Below the pieces are notes generated by a model that saw only the letters and a program-made list of their open reading frames with translations, made no database searches and was not told the DNA's origin. Positions 61,815-64,000 of a stretch of 64,000 nt of DNA are shown here, piece after piece. Positions within the stretch are counted from its first letter, which is position 1. Each line of letters begins with the position of its first letter. Source of the DNA: Candidatus Fermentibacteraceae bacterium (GTDB taxonomy: Bacteria; Fermentibacterota; Fermentibacteria; Fermentibacterales; JCC-6); assembly GCA_041750285.1 (NCBI GenBank), contig JBGSZS010000007.1, positions 64,001 to 128,000 of the forward strand, in the 5' to 3' direction. The position numbers were made by a program, and so were the translations under genes.

Positions 61815-62465
61815 GTGAGTGCCAACCCACGCTACGGGATTTTCAAGGTAATGGTCGACTGCAGCCACTGCGGCAACCCCGTGGTGACCAACGGGCCTCT
61901 TTCGAAAGTGACCTGTCCGTCATGCCTGCAGACTGTATCCCTTCCGCCCGATCTCTGGAGCGGGATCATCGGCGACTACGTTGCGGATTATGGAAAATTC
62001 GAACCCGGAAGCGGTACCGACGGCACGCTCATGACCGGCGGCCTGACAGTGAAGTTCAGCTGCATAAGGCTTCCGCCGCCGGACCCTGCCTGCCCCACCT
62101 GCGAGGAGAACTGGGACCTGAAATCGGTGGAGAACGGGGCCGACCGGGTTCTCGTCTGCGGCAAGTGCGGAAGGACCACTCCGGTCTATCCCGCCCCCTC
62201 CTGGCTCAGCGGGGTCGTTCCATCAGCGAAGCAGGTGTTCTTCGCCGACAGGGAAATGCAGGAGACTGAAGCAGTCGGTAAGGGTGCCAGACCCATAGCC
62301 CTGACCTGCCCGCAGTGCGGGGGCGGGATCGTCGTGACAGCCGACAGCGACCGCACCATCCCCTGCAAGTACTGCGGGGTCGACGTATACCTGCCTGACG
62401 GCGTGTGGCTCAAACTCCACCCCGCAAAGGTCGCAAAGTTCTGGATGGTGCGGTTCGAGGGGTAG
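61815..62465 (+). CDS. Multi zinc-ribbon hypothetical protein
   Basis: Six CxxC motifs; GTG 61815 after GGAGG. Confidence 0.7.
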   Translation: MSANPRYGIFKVMVDCSHCGNPVVTNGPLSKVTCPSCLQTVSLPPDLWSGIIGDYVADYGKFEPGSGTDGTLMTGGLTVKFSCIRLPPPDPACPTCEENWDLKSVENGADRVLVCGKCGRTTPVYPAPSWLSGVVPSAKQVFFADREMQETEAVGKGARPIALTCPQCGGGIVVTADSDRTIPCKYCGVDVYLPDGVWLKLHPAKVAKFWMVRFEG

Positions 62466-62481
62466 TGTCCCTGACCGTCGG

Positions 62482-62994
62482 TCAGTGCAGCAGGCAGAAA
62501 AGCTCCTGGAAGTAATCGGCATCACGCGGCGCGTTGAAACCTTCGAGTTCGTAACTCTCCTCACCTTCTGGGAACAGCATCCTTCCCGCGGCGTGGAACT
62601 CAGCCCCGTCCCTGTACCATCGCCTCTCCTCATAGGTCGTTTCGGGGTCGTTGCTGTATGAGAAGAGCATGAAAAGCGGTTCGCCCTCATCGCCGTAGAG
62701 GACCTCGGTGTACTCGTTGTGGGCTGCATAGCCTCCGTTGCAGACCGCCATCAAAAGCCCGGTCTCCCCGGCACGGCTCCACCAGTAGAGGATGATGCTC
62801 TCCTGAAAGTGTCCAAGGGCGGGGTAGGGCGAGTCATCGGGGTTCACGTGTATCTCGGTCCTGTAAATGTCGGGGCTTGAGTAAAGGTCCGCCTTTACCC
62901 CGTTGTACCGTTCCCTGATTTCAATGACCCCGGGAGGTTCCGGGGACGCCTGAATGAGCGTGGCGACTGCCATCGCAAGAAGCTGAACCGTCAT
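62482..62994 (-). CDS. Hypothetical exported protein
   Basis: ORF with RBS and signal-like N-terminus. Confidence 0.6.
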   Translation of the reverse strand: MTVQLLAMAVATLIQASPEPPGVIEIRERYNGVKADLYSSPDIYRTEIHVNPDDSPYPALGHFQESIILYWWSRAGETGLLMAVCNGGYAAHNEYTEVLYGDEGEPLFMLFSYSNDPETTYEERRWYRDGAEFHAAGRMLFPEGEESYELEGFNAPRDADYFQELFCLLH

Positions 62995-63157
62995 CCTTCC
63001 CCCTTTGCTTTTCGGACCGTAAAATGCCCGCTGCGTGATGAGTATACGCTTGATCCCTTGTTTCGGGAATCCTCACTCGTTGCCCCGGATCGGCATGTCG
63101 GGGTATTGTTCCAAGGGTTTGGGCCTGCACGAATTCCCGAGTCGACAGGAGTTTTTC

Positions 63158-63802
63158 ATGAAAACCGTTGTGATCCCCGTGCTTTTGCTTTTGCTGCTTC
63201 CGGGCTGCGGGTCGGGGGGCGATGCTCCCCAAACCGGCGAATCGGTTGATTCCAGATGGCAGGCCGATCTCTCACTTCAAAGCCTGCTTCCCCCCGGGGC
63301 CGGGTACACATGGAATTACTTCGGTTTCGCCGAGTACGTTTTCTCGATGCAGCTCGAGCAGATTCACACTGATGACGCCAGCATCGTCTACACAGTGAGC
63401 GGGATGGTCGAGGACATGTCTGACGGCGAGAGCGGTCTTGATTTCGGCATCGACCTTGACTACGTGGTCTCGGACAGCGCCCTTTCGGTGGTGCAGACAT
63501 CCGAAGTGAGCATGGACAACGACTTTCCGGAAATGGTCCTTGTCAGGCTTCCCCTTGCTGCGGGAAACACATGGACCCAGACCGTGACGAACCTTGAAGG
63601 GGAAGACATCGAGCTCATCTGTGAGATCGAGGAAGTGGAACAGGGGCCGCCCATGAGGGTCACCGTTCGCTACCGCGATGCCGCCGGCCCCTTCTACCAG
63701 CTCAGGGTCTTCGAGGAGGGTGTTGGGGTCGTGACATTCGAGAAGCTGTTCATGAGCCCTGACGGCGATTTCGAGATAGGCTACAGCATATTCCGCGAAT
63801 AA
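63158..63802 (+). CDS. Hypothetical lipoprotein
   Basis: AGGAG RBS; lipobox LPGC; 'PL..GNTW', 'GVGVV'. Confidence 0.7.
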   Translation: MKTVVIPVLLLLLLPGCGSGGDAPQTGESVDSRWQADLSLQSLLPPGAGYTWNYFGFAEYVFSMQLEQIHTDDASIVYTVSGMVEDMSDGESGLDFGIDLDYVVSDSALSVVQTSEVSMDNDFPEMVLVRLPLAAGNTWTQTVTNLEGEDIELICEIEEVEQGPPMRVTVRYRDAAGPFYQLRVFEEGVGVVTFEKLFMSPDGDFEIGYSIFRE

Positions 63803-63806
63803 CCCC

Positions 63807-64000
63807 TCATGGCACTATCAGGATGCCCGCCGCTGCAAAGTCAACCGGCTCCCCTTCACCCAGGACGCTCACCGTTCTGTAGCGGGTTCCCTGCGGCAGC
63901 TGGTCTACTATCCCCGAGTAGAAGTCGCTGTGGAACCTTCCGCAGACGAACACGCAAGGGGTTCCCGCTACAGATGCAGCCATCACCGCGTCTTTCAGAA
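63807..64000 (-). CDS. ChaN-like (Tiki-superfamily) protein, C-terminal fragment (partial)
   Basis: Manual translation LKDAVMA...CGRFHSDF...IVP*; D..MA and G.FH motifs. Confidence 0.6.
   Translation of the reverse strand, partial: LKDAVMAASVAGTPCVFVCGRFHSDFYSGIVDQLPQGTRYRTVSVLGEGEPVDFAAAGILIVP

Overview
Gene-dense, GC-rich bacterial chromosomal window with no integrase, transposase, CRISPR array or rRNA seen. An anaerobic FCB-group organism such as Ca. Fermentibacterota is my inference from the many secreted proteins with T9SS-type C-terminal domains and a gingipain-like C25 protease. Contents in order: corA 3' end; an operon of phosphate-type porin, VTC domain, DUF4956, two CotH kinases, two beta-helix proteins and ThiF; an M16 peptidase; pyrG-purF-guaA; tatD/tcdA; tRNA-Sec; a HEAT-repeat protein; glgP; C25; lepA; arsC; hemW; tRNA-Arg(CCT) with an MNT-HEPN pair; two NitT/TauT ABC transporters; a hutH-like lyase; a Mla/Pqi-type system; htpG, prsW and mpg. 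The most notable signal is selenocysteine biology that the ORF track misses. (1) tRNA-Sec lies at 22225-22321. (2) A secreted Omp28/thioredoxin-like protein (36151-37155) is split by an in-frame UGA in a UxxC motif, followed by a SECIS-like hairpin. (3) A 55-codon leader ORF with 2 UGA and 6 Cys (50384-50551) has its own promoter and RBS and abuts an ABC-importer operon, making it a candidate selenium/sulfur-sensing leader or small selenopeptide. A second candidate system is the VTC/DUF4956/porin/CotH operon. Functional calls are from motif recognition only; no database searches were run.
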